Of a stretch of 64,000 nucleotides of DNA, positions 10,469 to 20,241 are shown piece by piece. Below the pieces are notes generated by a model, which was not told the origin of the DNA, ran no database searches, and saw nothing but the letters and a program-made list of their open reading frames with translations. The DNA is from a virus. Numbering within the stretch: position 1 is the stretch's first letter; each line of letters starts with the position of its first letter. Location of the stretch: positions 1-64,000 of IMG/VR virus record IMGVR_UViG_3300032293_001310; one strand, 5' to 3'. A program made the translations under genes and the position numbers.

Positions 10469-11161
10469 ATGGCAACATTATATTCACCAAAAATAGTAAC
10501 GAATGGATTGGTAATGTATCTTGATGCGGGTAATAATAGAAGCTATGCTGGTAGCGGAACAACTTGGAGTGATTTGAGTAGAAATGGAATTACTGGTACA
10601 TTAACTAATGGACCAACGTTTAATAGTGCTAACGGAGGTAGTATTGTATTGGATGGTACAAATGATTATATAGATTGCGCCGATTTAGAAATTTTTAAAA
10701 TTTCCACCACTCTCACGTTAGAAGCATGGTTTAGAATATCTACATATGTTAATTGGGCAGGAATACTTGGAAAAAGTAATGTTGCTACAGGTGTATATGT
10801 CATGCATTTAAGTCCGTTGGCACAAAAAATAAGATTTAGTTACAACAGTTCAACCCCGTGGAATGTTAATGTGATAGATGGAAATTCTACAATCAGTACC
10901 AATCAATGGTATCATTCCGTAATAACATCTAATGGTTCTTTGGTAAATTTTTACTTAAACGGCGCGTTGGATAAAACTCAAAGTATCTCAATTACATTTA
11001 ATACTGGTGCCGGTTTCCCTGTTTCAATAGGTCAAGATCCTCCGGGATCGAATGAATTTTTTAATGGTCGTATAGCATTAGCAAAAATATACAACAGAAC
11101 ATTATCAGCATCAGAAGTATTACAAAACTATCACGCAACAAAAGGGAGATTTGGATTATGA
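10469..11161 (+). CDS. LamG-like protein (member 8)
   Basis: PKIVTNGLVMYLDAGN...YNRTLSASEVLQNYHATKGRFGL. Confidence 0.8.
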   Translation: MATLYSPKIVTNGLVMYLDAGNNRSYAGSGTTWSDLSRNGITGTLTNGPTFNSANGGSIVLDGTNDYIDCADLEIFKISTTLTLEAWFRISTYVNWAGILGKSNVATGVYVMHLSPLAQKIRFSYNSSTPWNVNVIDGNSTISTNQWYHSVITSNGSLVNFYLNGALDKTQSISITFNTGAGFPVSIGQDPPGSNEFFNGRIALAKIYNRTLSASEVLQNYHATKGRFGL

Positions 11162-11859
11162 GTGTAATCGGTGGACCACAACTTCCAACAAGTGGATTAG
11201 TAATGTGCTTAGATGCGGGCAATGGTAAAAGTTTTATCAGCGGTAGTACAATAATGTTCGACTTGAGCGGATTCGGTAATACAGGTTCATTGGTTAGTAC
11301 AGTATCATATACAAGTTCTTTCGGCGGAGGTGTTGTTAACAATAATACAGCAGGATACATACGTGTAGAAGACGCGCCTTCGATTGGGTCAAATATATTG
11401 CGCACAATTTCCATATCTGTCTGGTTTCGTCTTTCTGCCAACAATTCGGATCACTCTGTGTTGGTAAAAATGCAAAGTAGCAATGTTGATAGACAATATT
11501 GTTTTTTTATACAAACCGGAAATAATACATATTTCACTACAAACGACGCCACGGGAGAACAACAATTTGTAGCAACTCCAAATTTTCAAGCGAATACAAT
11601 TTATCATTTTGTAGGGACAATAGACCGAACAAACAGAATAGTAAACCAATATGTGAATGGTGTTTTAGTTGCTTCTTCTACGAATTCGGTAAGACAAACT
11701 GACATGGATTATTTGAATGAACCCGTTCTCATCGGAGGGCATAGAAATACTCCAAGATTTAATGGAGTAATCCATTCTGCTCAAATATACAACAGAGTGT
11801 TGACTGCATCCGAAGTTTTTTCGATGTATCACAATACAAAAGGAAGGTTTGGATTATGA
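11158..11859 (+). CDS. LamG-like protein (member 9)
   Basis: Conserved termini; ATGA overlap. Confidence 0.8.
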   Translation: MSVIGGPQLPTSGLVMCLDAGNGKSFISGSTIMFDLSGFGNTGSLVSTVSYTSSFGGGVVNNNTAGYIRVEDAPSIGSNILRTISISVWFRLSANNSDHSVLVKMQSSNVDRQYCFFIQTGNNTYFTTNDATGEQQFVATPNFQANTIYHFVGTIDRTNRIVNQYVNGVLVASSTNSVRQTDMDYLNEPVLIGGHRNTPRFNGVIHSAQIYNRVLTASEVFSMYHNTKGRFGL

Positions 11860-12578
11860 GTTATAGCAATGGACCAAAAATGATAACAAACGGATTGGTG
11901 TTGTGCCTTGATGCGGCAAATCGGAAGAGTTATCCTGGTAGTGGAACAATATGGAGAGATTTAAGTGCGAATGATTATAGCGGATCGTTGACAGGTGGTC
12001 CTACATTTAACACCACGAATGGCGGTCGTATGGAATTTGATGGTGCCGATGACGTATGCACAACTTCTGTTGTATACTCCAGTGCAGGGATTCCTACTAA
12101 CAATTTTACATATGAAGTCTGGTGTAGACCAGCCGGTACCATTAATTTGGCGACAGAAGCAACTTCTGGTACTACCGCCTTGTCTAGCGAAAGCACTGTG
12201 ATTGGCCCTATTAATTATGGCTCTAATTCTGGTGCCGGTCTTTCGGTTGGAACAAACGGTATATGTGTAATTGAACACGGTAGTGCTTATTTGCCTTCTT
12301 TACTAACCGCCACCGTAACAATTTCTAATACTTTAATATCGCAGATTATTGCTGTGTATACCAATAAACAGCCATCATTGTATATAAACGGTACTTTCAT
12401 AAAGACCGGTTTGACTAGTTTAAAAACTACAGTATATGGCGATTTTAAGCAAGTGGGTAGTGGTCCTTACAGCCCATTTCTTGGATCAATAAGCATCGCA
12501 AAGGTGTACAATCGCGTATTGTCTTTGACGGAAATTAAACAAAACTACGACGCAAATAAAGGAAGGTTTCTACTATGA
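11856..12578 (+). CDS. LamG-like protein (member 10)
   Basis: Conserved termini; ATGA overlap. Confidence 0.8.
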   Translation: MSYSNGPKMITNGLVLCLDAANRKSYPGSGTIWRDLSANDYSGSLTGGPTFNTTNGGRMEFDGADDVCTTSVVYSSAGIPTNNFTYEVWCRPAGTINLATEATSGTTALSSESTVIGPINYGSNSGAGLSVGTNGICVIEHGSAYLPSLLTATVTISNTLISQIIAVYTNKQPSLYINGTFIKTGLTSLKTTVYGDFKQVGSGPYSPFLGSISIAKVYNRVLSLTEIKQNYDANKGRFLL

Positions 12579-13261
12579 GCGTAGAAGGCGGACCAGATAT
12601 TATTACAAACGGTTTGGTATTGTATTTGGACGCTGCCAATAATAGAAGTATTGTTAGTGGCAGTACTACTTGGTTTGATTTGAGCAGAAATGGTAATACA
12701 GGTTCGTTGATAAATGGGCCAACATATAGCAGTGCTAATGGCGGCGTTCTTAGTTTTGATGGCAGCAATGATTATGTAGATTTTTATGCACCAAATTTGG
12801 GAACAACTACGACCGTTGAAGTGTGGTGTAATATCTCTTCAACCGCAAGTAAAATGATTTTTGGATGGCTCAGATATACCCTGTTCTGTTCTTCGGGACA
12901 TATTGGTTTCAACACATACAACAGCGACGTATATGGGATATCATCGACGCAAGTTACTGCGCTTGGATTAGTAAATAATTGGGCACATTACGTGTTTGAA
13001 ATGCGAAGCGACGTATCTTACACCAACAATAAAATATACATAAATGGAATGCCTCAAACATTAGGGCAGCAACTTGCCACCGAAAATAGTGCAAATAGAA
13101 ATTTCAATTCAGGATTTGGTCGCATAGCCATTGCTAGACACGAATTAGTGACATATTTTATGCCAATGAACTGTGGTTCTTTCAAGGTATATAATCGTGC
13201 ACTAACCGCAGCAGAAATCCGCCAAAATTATCATGCCACAAAAGGCCGCTATGGTTTATAA
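12575..13261 (+). CDS. LamG-like protein (member 11)
   Basis: Conserved termini; ATGA overlap. Confidence 0.8.
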   Translation: MSVEGGPDIITNGLVLYLDAANNRSIVSGSTTWFDLSRNGNTGSLINGPTYSSANGGVLSFDGSNDYVDFYAPNLGTTTTVEVWCNISSTASKMIFGWLRYTLFCSSGHIGFNTYNSDVYGISSTQVTALGLVNNWAHYVFEMRSDVSYTNNKIYINGMPQTLGQQLATENSANRNFNSGFGRIAIARHELVTYFMPMNCGSFKVYNRALTAAEIRQNYHATKGRYGL

Positions 13262-13310
13262 CCTTCTTTATATTTATATATACAACCTTAACAATTATAA
13301 TAAATAACAT

Positions 13311-13577
13311 ATGAGCGACATATACGCAAACAGAGAATATCTTATCTTTCCAGTCAGCGAACTAAACAAAGTTGACTTTAGTCAAGTATTAGAAACATCA
13401 GCAGATACAGTACGTAAATCTGTAGATGAAACTAAAACATTTGTAAAATGGAATGGTGAAGCACCAGCATTTGTAGCCACAATGATTGGTACAGAAGGTC
13501 CATATACACATGCTGAAATACTTGAGATACTAAGCACAAGCGAATGGTCTAGTCCAATGACTGGTAGTATTCCGTAA
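13311..13577 (+). CDS. Small conserved phage protein (possible fibre-associated/chaperone)
   Basis: 88-aa ORF with its own late-type motif upstream; VDFSQVLETS..TVRKS.D.TKTFVKW. Confidence 0.6.
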   Translation: MSDIYANREYLIFPVSELNKVDFSQVLETSADTVRKSVDETKTFVKWNGEAPAFVATMIGTEGPYTHAEILEILSTSEWSSPMTGSIP

Positions 13578-13586
13578 TATTTTATT

Positions 13587-14330
13587 ATGCCAGATTATGG
13601 TCCAAGAATAGTTACCGATGGTTTGGTATTGTATCTTGATGCTGCTAATAGAAAGAGTTATCCAGGAAGTGGAGCAACTTGGTATGATTTAACTGGAAAC
13701 GGAAATCACGGTACTATAAACCTAGGCGAGTTTGTTTCAAGTGAAGGATGGTATTTGAGAAATGTCAACAACACCAGTGATTTTTTTTATATTACAATTC
13801 CCGACAGCACGAGTATAAGTAACTGCTTAAATGTGACTTCGGGTGGTTGGACAATAGAAGAAATAATATGGACAAACTCTGTAACTTATCCAGAGGCCGA
13901 CGCTGGTGGAATGGGTTCTGGACCGGCATATGGGATAGGATCGACGGGATTCGACTGGAATCATGGGACAGCAAATACATCATTTAGATTCGGGCAAACG
14001 AGCAATTCCGCAACTGTATATGAAGACGATGTTACATTTTCTGTTGGTAGTCCGTATAATAGTCTCAATGCTTGGAGAATAAGAACAATGATATGGAATA
14101 GAAGTGCCAATTCAAATTTATTATATATTAATGGAAATTATATAAATGCAGTTAGTACTCCTAATACGTCGGGTACTTCAATTTATAACGGAGATGGGCT
14201 GACGTTTGGTACATTGTATGGATGGAAACATTATGGTAGAAGAGCCGCAATTAAAATTTATAATAAAGTATTAACTGATTCCGAAATTCTTCAAAACTAT
14301 ACCGCAATAAAAACAAGGTTTGGATTATGA
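13587..14330 (+). CDS. LamG-like protein (member 12)
   Basis: GPRIVTDGLVLYLDAANRKSYPGSG...YNKVLTDSEILQNYTAIKTRFGL. Confidence 0.8.
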   Translation: MPDYGPRIVTDGLVLYLDAANRKSYPGSGATWYDLTGNGNHGTINLGEFVSSEGWYLRNVNNTSDFFYITIPDSTSISNCLNVTSGGWTIEEIIWTNSVTYPEADAGGMGSGPAYGIGSTGFDWNHGTANTSFRFGQTSNSATVYEDDVTFSVGSPYNSLNAWRIRTMIWNRSANSNLLYINGNYINAVSTPNTSGTSIYNGDGLTFGTLYGWKHYGRRAAIKIYNKVLTDSEILQNYTAIKTRFGL

Positions 14331-14998
14331 GTTATTACAATGGACCAACTGTGGTTACAGATGGATTGGTACTTTTTGTTGATGTCAAGAATCCAAAAAG
14401 TTGTCCAGCGTCAAATACAGTATTAAATGATTTAGCCGGTAATAGTACATTTACATTATCAAACATAACATATAATGCGGAAGGAAATTTTAGTTTCAAT
14501 GCTTCTACCAGCACAATAATTTCTCCGGAAAATTCGGCATTGAATACACAAACTCCAACGGTTGAGGTTTGGGTAAAAACAAACAATACAAATCAAAATG
14601 GATTTTGGTTTGAAAAAGGACAGGTCAACACGCAATACAGTCTATTTCAGGAAGGGACAGTTATACAATGGCGTATGAATATAGGCGGAGTGACAAATTT
14701 GTCAACCACGACCGCGACATACATGTCAACATCTCAATGGGCACAGGTTGTAGGTACATATACGAGTGGAACCAGAAGATTATATATCAACGGAATGTTG
14801 GTTAATTCCGATGGACAGACCGGTACTATTGCTACAAACACAAACGGGTCTTCTATTGGAGTATATGGCGGATTCAACGGAAGTCGTGGATATTATTACA
14901 ATGGAAGTTTGGCTATATGCAAAGTGTACAACCGAGCACTGTCTCCGGTTGAAGTTCTTCAAAACTATACCGCAATAAAAACGAGATTTGGACTATGA
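14327..14998 (+). CDS. LamG-like protein (member 13)
   Basis: Conserved termini; ATGA overlap; 3' end nearly identical to member 12. Confidence 0.8.
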   Translation: MSYYNGPTVVTDGLVLFVDVKNPKSCPASNTVLNDLAGNSTFTLSNITYNAEGNFSFNASTSTIISPENSALNTQTPTVEVWVKTNNTNQNGFWFEKGQVNTQYSLFQEGTVIQWRMNIGGVTNLSTTTATYMSTSQWAQVVGTYTSGTRRLYINGMLVNSDGQTGTIATNTNGSSIGVYGGFNGSRGYYYNGSLAICKVYNRALSPVEVLQNYTAIKTRFGL

Positions 14999-15648
14999 GC
15001 ATAGAAGCACCAATCAAAACAGTGTCAAATGGTTTAGTATTGCATTTGGATGCGGCAAATAATAAGAGTTATCCGGGTAGTGGAACAAGTTGGAGAGATT
15101 TGAGTAGTAATGGTAATAATGGAACATTAACAGGTGGCCCAACATTTAGTAATTCAAACAGCGGAACTATGGTTTTTGATTATGTTGACGATGCTATTAC
15201 TGGGATGGGTAATTTGGGTTCGCCATCGACATTCACATTGAATGCATGGGTAAGATCCACTAATATATCACAGGCACAAAATATATTTAATGCAAATCCA
15301 CCATTTTTTTTAAGAATAACATCATCAACTATAAGATGCTGTGTTTATACAGGATCTTGGATTTTCGTGAATGGTAGCATAACATTAAGCAGCAATGTAT
15401 GGTATAATCTGGTTTTGACCTATGATCAGTCATATGTGAAAGGATATGTGAATGGAGTATTAGACGTTAATTCGGTAAAAACTGGTGCGCCTGTTTGGGG
15501 AACATTCCAAGGTATAGGGTATACTACCGGAGGAGAGGACGCTCCGTCTGTAACAAATATAGCCGTTGCACAGGTGTACAATCGTGCTTTGTCTGCTGTC
15601 GAAATCCGTCAAAACTACGACTCAACAAGATCACGTTTTGGTTTATAA
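14995..15648 (+). CDS. LamG-like protein (member 14)
   Basis: Conserved termini; ATGA overlap. Confidence 0.8.
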   Translation: MSIEAPIKTVSNGLVLHLDAANNKSYPGSGTSWRDLSSNGNNGTLTGGPTFSNSNSGTMVFDYVDDAITGMGNLGSPSTFTLNAWVRSTNISQAQNIFNANPPFFLRITSSTIRCCVYTGSWIFVNGSITLSSNVWYNLVLTYDQSYVKGYVNGVLDVNSVKTGAPVWGTFQGIGYTTGGEDAPSVTNIAVAQVYNRALSAVEIRQNYDSTRSRFGL

Positions 15649-15691
15649 TAACCACAATAATTTATATATCTATATTTATATATAATAAATT

Positions 15692-16405
15692 ATGCCGTCA
15701 GACATTCTTATAGTTCCAAACAGAAGTTCTACCACTACTGCTCCTGTTATACAATTCAGCGGCAGTCAGGCGAATACAATAAGATTAGAAGTATTAACTT
15801 CAGGCAGTATTGCTTTTCTTGGTAAATCTGGAAGTTTGTTTAGCATATCGGACAATCTTTCTGGAAGTTTGATGGCAGTAAGTGATATTTCCGGCTTGCC
15901 TATTTTTGAAGTACTTAGCGACGACAGAGTGGTGATGGGAAGGTATAATACAAACGCACTTGTTGTTACTGGTAGTAAAGTTGGAATAGGAAAATCTGTT
16001 CCAAATATTTCTGTTGCACTGGATGTATCCGGTAGTGCTGTTGTGACGGGGTCTTTAAGTGTGTCTAGAGAATTTTCCAGCAACGCACTGTGGACAAACG
16101 CTTCGTCGATAAGTTATTGGGGCGGATTTCCTACTGCATATGGAGTTCTTACGTGGAATACCGGATATGCGACCGTGGCCGCTAATACAGGAAATAATTT
16201 ATACCTCAGTGCAAATGGCGCAACTTCTACCGGTCATATAACTATTACTACCAACGGCGATATTGGTATAAACAAAACTACGGCAAATGCTAAGTTAGAT
16301 GTAAATGGAAATACAATCATAACCGGTTCTTTGCGTGTAACTGGAGATGTTGTTTCGAGCAATACGTCGAATATATTACATCCATTTTTACTTATGGGAG
16401 CATAA
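15692..16405 (+). CDS. Short fibre-like protein, paralogous to part of the 1..3089 fibre
   Basis: IRLEVL..G.I.F.G.SGSLF.I.D.L.GSLM.V.D.SGLPI.EV.SDDRV is shared with the long fibre; one INKTTANAKLDVNGN repeat. Confidence 0.7.
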   Translation: MPSDILIVPNRSSTTTAPVIQFSGSQANTIRLEVLTSGSIAFLGKSGSLFSISDNLSGSLMAVSDISGLPIFEVLSDDRVVMGRYNTNALVVTGSKVGIGKSVPNISVALDVSGSAVVTGSLSVSREFSSNALWTNASSISYWGGFPTAYGVLTWNTGYATVAANTGNNLYLSANGATSTGHITITTNGDIGINKTTANAKLDVNGNTIITGSLRVTGDVVSSNTSNILHPFLLMGA

Positions 16406-16425
16406 ATTTAATATATATTATCAAT

Positions 16426-16755
16426 ATGGCTACAACATACAAATTATTGGGATCATCGGCGCCGGGTACTGCTGGCGCAACATTATATACTGTTCCGACT
16501 GGTTTTCAGGCAGTTGCTTCGTCGTTAGTAATAACAAACTTAAGTTCATCGGCTGCAAATTTTACAGTCGTTGTAAAAACAGGATCGGCGGGTGCTACTC
16601 TGGATAATAATTTTATATCATATCAAACCGCAATACCCGCAAACGATTCTGTTATAATGACACTGGGTCTTGCTCTTTCTTCGAGTTATGTTGTACAAGT
16701 TTCTGGTAGTACTTCAAAAGTAGCGTTTAATTTATTTGGCGCAGAATTAAATTAA
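16426..16755 (+). CDS. Small beta-rich virion/tail-associated protein
   Basis: MATTYKLLG...TLYTVP...FNLFGAE, a pattern common in phage tail regions. Confidence 0.55.
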   Translation: MATTYKLLGSSAPGTAGATLYTVPTGFQAVASSLVITNLSSSAANFTVVVKTGSAGATLDNNFISYQTAIPANDSVIMTLGLALSSSYVVQVSGSTSKVAFNLFGAELN

Positions 16756-16756
16756 T

Positions 16757-17167
16757 ATGCCACATTTTGCACAGGTTATAAATGGAACAGTTCAACAGGT
16801 AATTGTTGCTGACATAGATTTTATAAATTCTGGTGTTGTGGGTGATCCTTTGCAATGGATACAAACATCGTACAATTCAAACATACGAAATAAATTTGCA
16901 GGTATAGGAGATATGTACTTACCAGACCCAGATATATTTATTCCACCAAAGCCATACCAGTCTTGGATACTAGAGCAATACGATACAACGGGGTTGGATG
17001 AAAATTACAACGTTTCCGTGTTATCGACTCACTACAGATGGATATCTCCTGTTCCATATCCTTCAACGCCGCCCGCTGAAGGATATGCATGGGTATGGAG
17101 CGAAACAAGTCTAAATTGGGTTCAAGTACCTATATCTCAGTATACATCTACAGGTTTCGCTCCATAG
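16757..17167 (+). CDS. Conserved phage protein (partner of Gly-rich fibre proteins)
   Basis: MPHFAQV...WIQTSYN..IR.KFAGIG..Y....D.FIPPKPY.SW. Confidence 0.6.
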   Translation: MPHFAQVINGTVQQVIVADIDFINSGVVGDPLQWIQTSYNSNIRNKFAGIGDMYLPDPDIFIPPKPYQSWILEQYDTTGLDENYNVSVLSTHYRWISPVPYPSTPPAEGYAWVWSETSLNWVQVPISQYTSTGFAP

Positions 17168-17198
17168 GTAACTTCCTTTATTTAACCCAAGTTTAATT

Positions 17199-18119
17199 AT
17201 GCCAATAGGTTTATTATCAAACAAAAAATTAACAAAAAGATTCACATCCAGTGGAGAAGTAGTTGTACAGCCAATAACCAGTTCAACGTCTTGGGTTTGT
17301 CCCGCAGGTGTTACTGAGGTGTTTGCTATACTTGTTGGTGGAGGTGGTGGAGGTGGAGGAAATTATTGCGCATCAAATCCTGGATTTGGAGGCGGAGGCG
17401 GAGGCGGTCAAGTAGTCACTGCATCTATTTCTGTTATACCCAGTCAATCTTATTCTATTGTAATCGGTGCCGGTGGGTCGGGTGCAACAAATCCAGCAAC
17501 TACTGGGTATGCCACTAGTGGCGGAGACACATATTTTGCAAAAAGCATATTTTCTGCCGGTGGGGGTGGTGGGGGAGGAAATACCGGAAATCTTTTACCG
17601 GATACTCACAATTATGGAAGACAAGGAGGAAATGGCGGAGGAAATGGATCTGGTACGGGACGCGCAGTGATAGATACCGGAATAAAAATGTCTTCTTCAT
17701 TTATAGCCAATGCCGGCTTTCCAGGATCTAATACCGGAGGTGGTGGGGCGGGCGGGGCACCTGTCAGTAGTACAGCCGGTGCAGGATTGACTGTCCAATT
17801 AGTTACTCCTACTGGTAGATTTTCTGGTTCTTTGGCATCTTCCACTTTTGGTGGTGGCGGTGGAGGTGGCACAGGATATCGTCCCGGTCCTCCTCCCGGA
17901 CGAAGTTTTGGTGGATCTGGAGGAGGCGGTAATGGTGGATATTGGTCATACATATCATCCATATGGGCTCACAATACTCCCACCGCTGGTACAATAAATA
18001 CCGGCGGAGGTGGAGGCGGAGCAGCGTCCAGTGGAGTAGCAAATTCATTCAATTCTGATTCTGGTGCCAACGGTGGATCTGGTGTCGTTTATTTAATATA
18101 TGAAAGAACTACGCTATAA
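17199..18119 (+). CDS. Glycine-rich domain virion protein
   Basis: W.CPAGVT.V..ILVGGGGGGG...GGGGGG...GANGGSGVVYL. Confidence 0.75.
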   Translation: MPIGLLSNKKLTKRFTSSGEVVVQPITSSTSWVCPAGVTEVFAILVGGGGGGGGNYCASNPGFGGGGGGGQVVTASISVIPSQSYSIVIGAGGSGATNPATTGYATSGGDTYFAKSIFSAGGGGGGGNTGNLLPDTHNYGRQGGNGGGNGSGTGRAVIDTGIKMSSSFIANAGFPGSNTGGGGAGGAPVSSTAGAGLTVQLVTPTGRFSGSLASSTFGGGGGGGTGYRPGPPPGRSFGGSGGGGNGGYWSYISSIWAHNTPTAGTINTGGGGGGAASSGVANSFNSDSGANGGSGVVYLIYERTTL

Positions 18120-18779
18120 AGATATTCTTTCGTACTTAAATTTTTCAAAATCTTCTGTATAGGTTGTGTAAATAAATTCTTCGATCTCGCGAGTATAATG
18201 CATTAAATAATGCGACATTTCTTTTGATTTATTTTTATGCGGCAATATTTTTCCATTACTTAATTTAAATAAATCGTGAACAACATTATTTAAATTTTCA
18301 TATCTATACAGAATATCAACGTCGTTTAAATTTTCGTCTTCGTTTTTTAAAAAACTATATTGAGTTTCCAAGTGACCATCAAATTCATATATTCTTTCCA
18401 ATTTAGTTAAACTTTTGACGTATTGAACATAATTAGAAAAAGACAATTTATGCCAATTACAAGTGTATTTGTATTCAGAAAAAAATCGGTCGTATGGGTT
18501 CCTAACCATTGAAATTTTTTTGTAGCCATAAAATATTTCAGGCTCCAGTATTTTTTCAAGTTCCACTAAAGTAAAATGTTGTGGAGATTTCATGTAACAT
18601 TCTCTGTACTCGATATCTGTAAATTTTTCTTGCGGTATTAATTTTATTGTATTATTAGTTTGCCCCTCGTGGTAAAAATTTTTTAAACAAGACATATCGT
18701 CAAATAAACTGGCGAATGATGTACCCGCACACTTGGGTATATGTACAAAAATAATCTTATGTATATGACTTATTGGCAT
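18114..18779 (-). CDS. Sulfotransferase family 2 protein
   Basis: FVHIPKCAGTS (5'-PSB motif), VRNPYDRFFSEY (3'-PB motif), C-terminal Y..DFE.F.Y. Confidence 0.8.
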   Translation of the reverse strand: MPISHIHKIIFVHIPKCAGTSFASLFDDMSCLKNFYHEGQTNNTIKLIPQEKFTDIEYRECYMKSPQHFTLVELEKILEPEIFYGYKKISMVRNPYDRFFSEYKYTCNWHKLSFSNYVQYVKSLTKLERIYEFDGHLETQYSFLKNEDENLNDVDILYRYENLNNVVHDLFKLSNGKILPHKNKSKEMSHYLMHYTREIEEFIYTTYTEDFEKFKYERISL

Positions 18780-19774
18780 ATGTTGTATTTTTTTGAATAG
18801 GCTGATATAAACTTATATTTAAAAGAAGGATTTGCGGAACTTCCGGCAAAATGATATAGTTTTTTTTCTTGGGTTGACTCGTATATTGACCAATCTAGTG
18901 TTTTATCAAATATGTTTGGAATACTTTTAGTCAAATTTGTAATCCCATTTAATATTCCATAATTGCATAATTTTTTTATAACAAAATATTGATTTAAAAA
19001 AGATTGTTCAAAAAAATATACGGATGGCCAAACTTTCATCAACCATCTTACATTTTCAAAATGCGATTTCATTTGTTCTGTATTTGTCAGTAAGAATTGC
19101 CCCGCATTGAATACAACAGGATCCTCTTTCTGTATACAATTCCACTCGTCTGGCAAAAAATGACATACGCTGTGAGTAATTGTTGCTGCCGAAATAATTC
19201 TGTAATCGATTGTATTTTCTTGTTTATATAGTTTGTATTGATTGTCCACCGTTTCAAGTTTATAATATACACCATCAAACAAGTGGGATATATCACCCGC
19301 ACAAAGAATATCTGCATCAAGAAACAGAATATTCTTGTATAGATTTATTCGGGGATAATCAAAAATCAACAACTTTGATGCTGACGCTTCTACACAATCT
19401 TCTGGCGTATCTATAATGTAAAAATCGTAAGAAAACTTACTCAATTCGGATATAGAGCGTATTGCCTTGTGATGTAAATTGTCGGTGATTATAAGCAAAT
19501 CAAATTTTTTTGGGTCGTTGTGCTTTATTATACTTTTTATCAAAAGTTCAAAGAGCATAACGAATCCGGCACCAAATACTGAAAAGTATATCAAATTTTT
19601 GTCTCCGATTGGAGTGGTTGGTTTACTGATTGCCGCTGTATATTTTTCATTTAAAATATTTAATATAATATTTTTGTCCTCGGGTATTCCTCTATACTTT
19701 GTATTTTTGTTAAATTTTATATGATTTTTTGATGCATATAAAGCGCGATTGAACAAATCTGTTTCAACATTCAT
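18770..19774 (-). CDS. Glycosyltransferase, GT8-like (GT-A fold)
   Basis: LFLDADIL (DxD), FNAG.F, EQSFLN, YHFAG. Confidence 0.75.
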   Translation of the reverse strand: MNVETDLFNRALYASKNHIKFNKNTKYRGIPEDKNIILNILNEKYTAAISKPTTPIGDKNLIYFSVFGAGFVMLFELLIKSIIKHNDPKKFDLLIITDNLHHKAIRSISELSKFSYDFYIIDTPEDCVEASASKLLIFDYPRINLYKNILFLDADILCAGDISHLFDGVYYKLETVDNQYKLYKQENTIDYRIISAATITHSVCHFLPDEWNCIQKEDPVVFNAGQFLLTNTEQMKSHFENVRWLMKVWPSVYFFEQSFLNQYFVIKKLCNYGILNGITNLTKSIPNIFDKTLDWSIYESTQEKKLYHFAGSSANPSFKYKFISAYSKKYNICQ

Positions 19775-19835
19775 TTTATATATTTTTTTTATTTATCTTC
19801 TATATATATACATATATAAACCGTTATATAACATT

Positions 19836-20126
19836 ATGGAACTAAATCAACCAAATACACAAGTATCATCAAATAGTCCAAAAACTTTTGATGCGTCAGA
19901 ACTACAAGAACTAACTGCTATTCGTGAAGCATATGAACAAACTACTGTTTCACTTGGTCAATTGGAAATGCAAAAGCGTGAATTGGCTAAAACAGAAAAG
20001 CGAGTTAATGAACGATTAACTGCCATAGAAGCACAAGAAAAAGTATTCTTAGATAAGATCGTAGCCAAGTATGGCGAAGGTACGTTCGACATCAATACAG
20101 GAATATTTACACCAAAATCCAAATAA
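19836..20126 (+). CDS. Small coiled-coil protein
   Basis: ATG at 19836; heptad-rich; ends KYGEGTFDINTG.F.P. Confidence 0.65.
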   Translation: MELNQPNTQVSSNSPKTFDASELQELTAIREAYEQTTVSLGQLEMQKRELAKTEKRVNERLTAIEAQEKVFLDKIVAKYGEGTFDINTGIFTPKSK

Positions 20127-20149
20127 TAGATATATTTATTATAATACCC

Positions 20150-20179
20150 AAAATCCTCCATATTAGTGGAGGATTTTTT
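20150..20179 (+). terminator. Rho-independent terminator
   Basis: aaaatcctcca-tattag-tggaggatttttt. Confidence 0.8.
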
Positions 20180-20241
20180 ATTGTTTGAAAAATTAGTGTC
20201 ATATTTATATTTACAACTTTTTATATAGGAGTTAAAAAACT

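Noticed and set aside
3096-15648. Diversity-generating retroelement or invertase shufflon acting on the LamG array
   Set aside because: No reverse transcriptase or recombinase is in the window, I saw no adenine-specific template/variable repeat pair, and all cassettes are complete same-strand genes.
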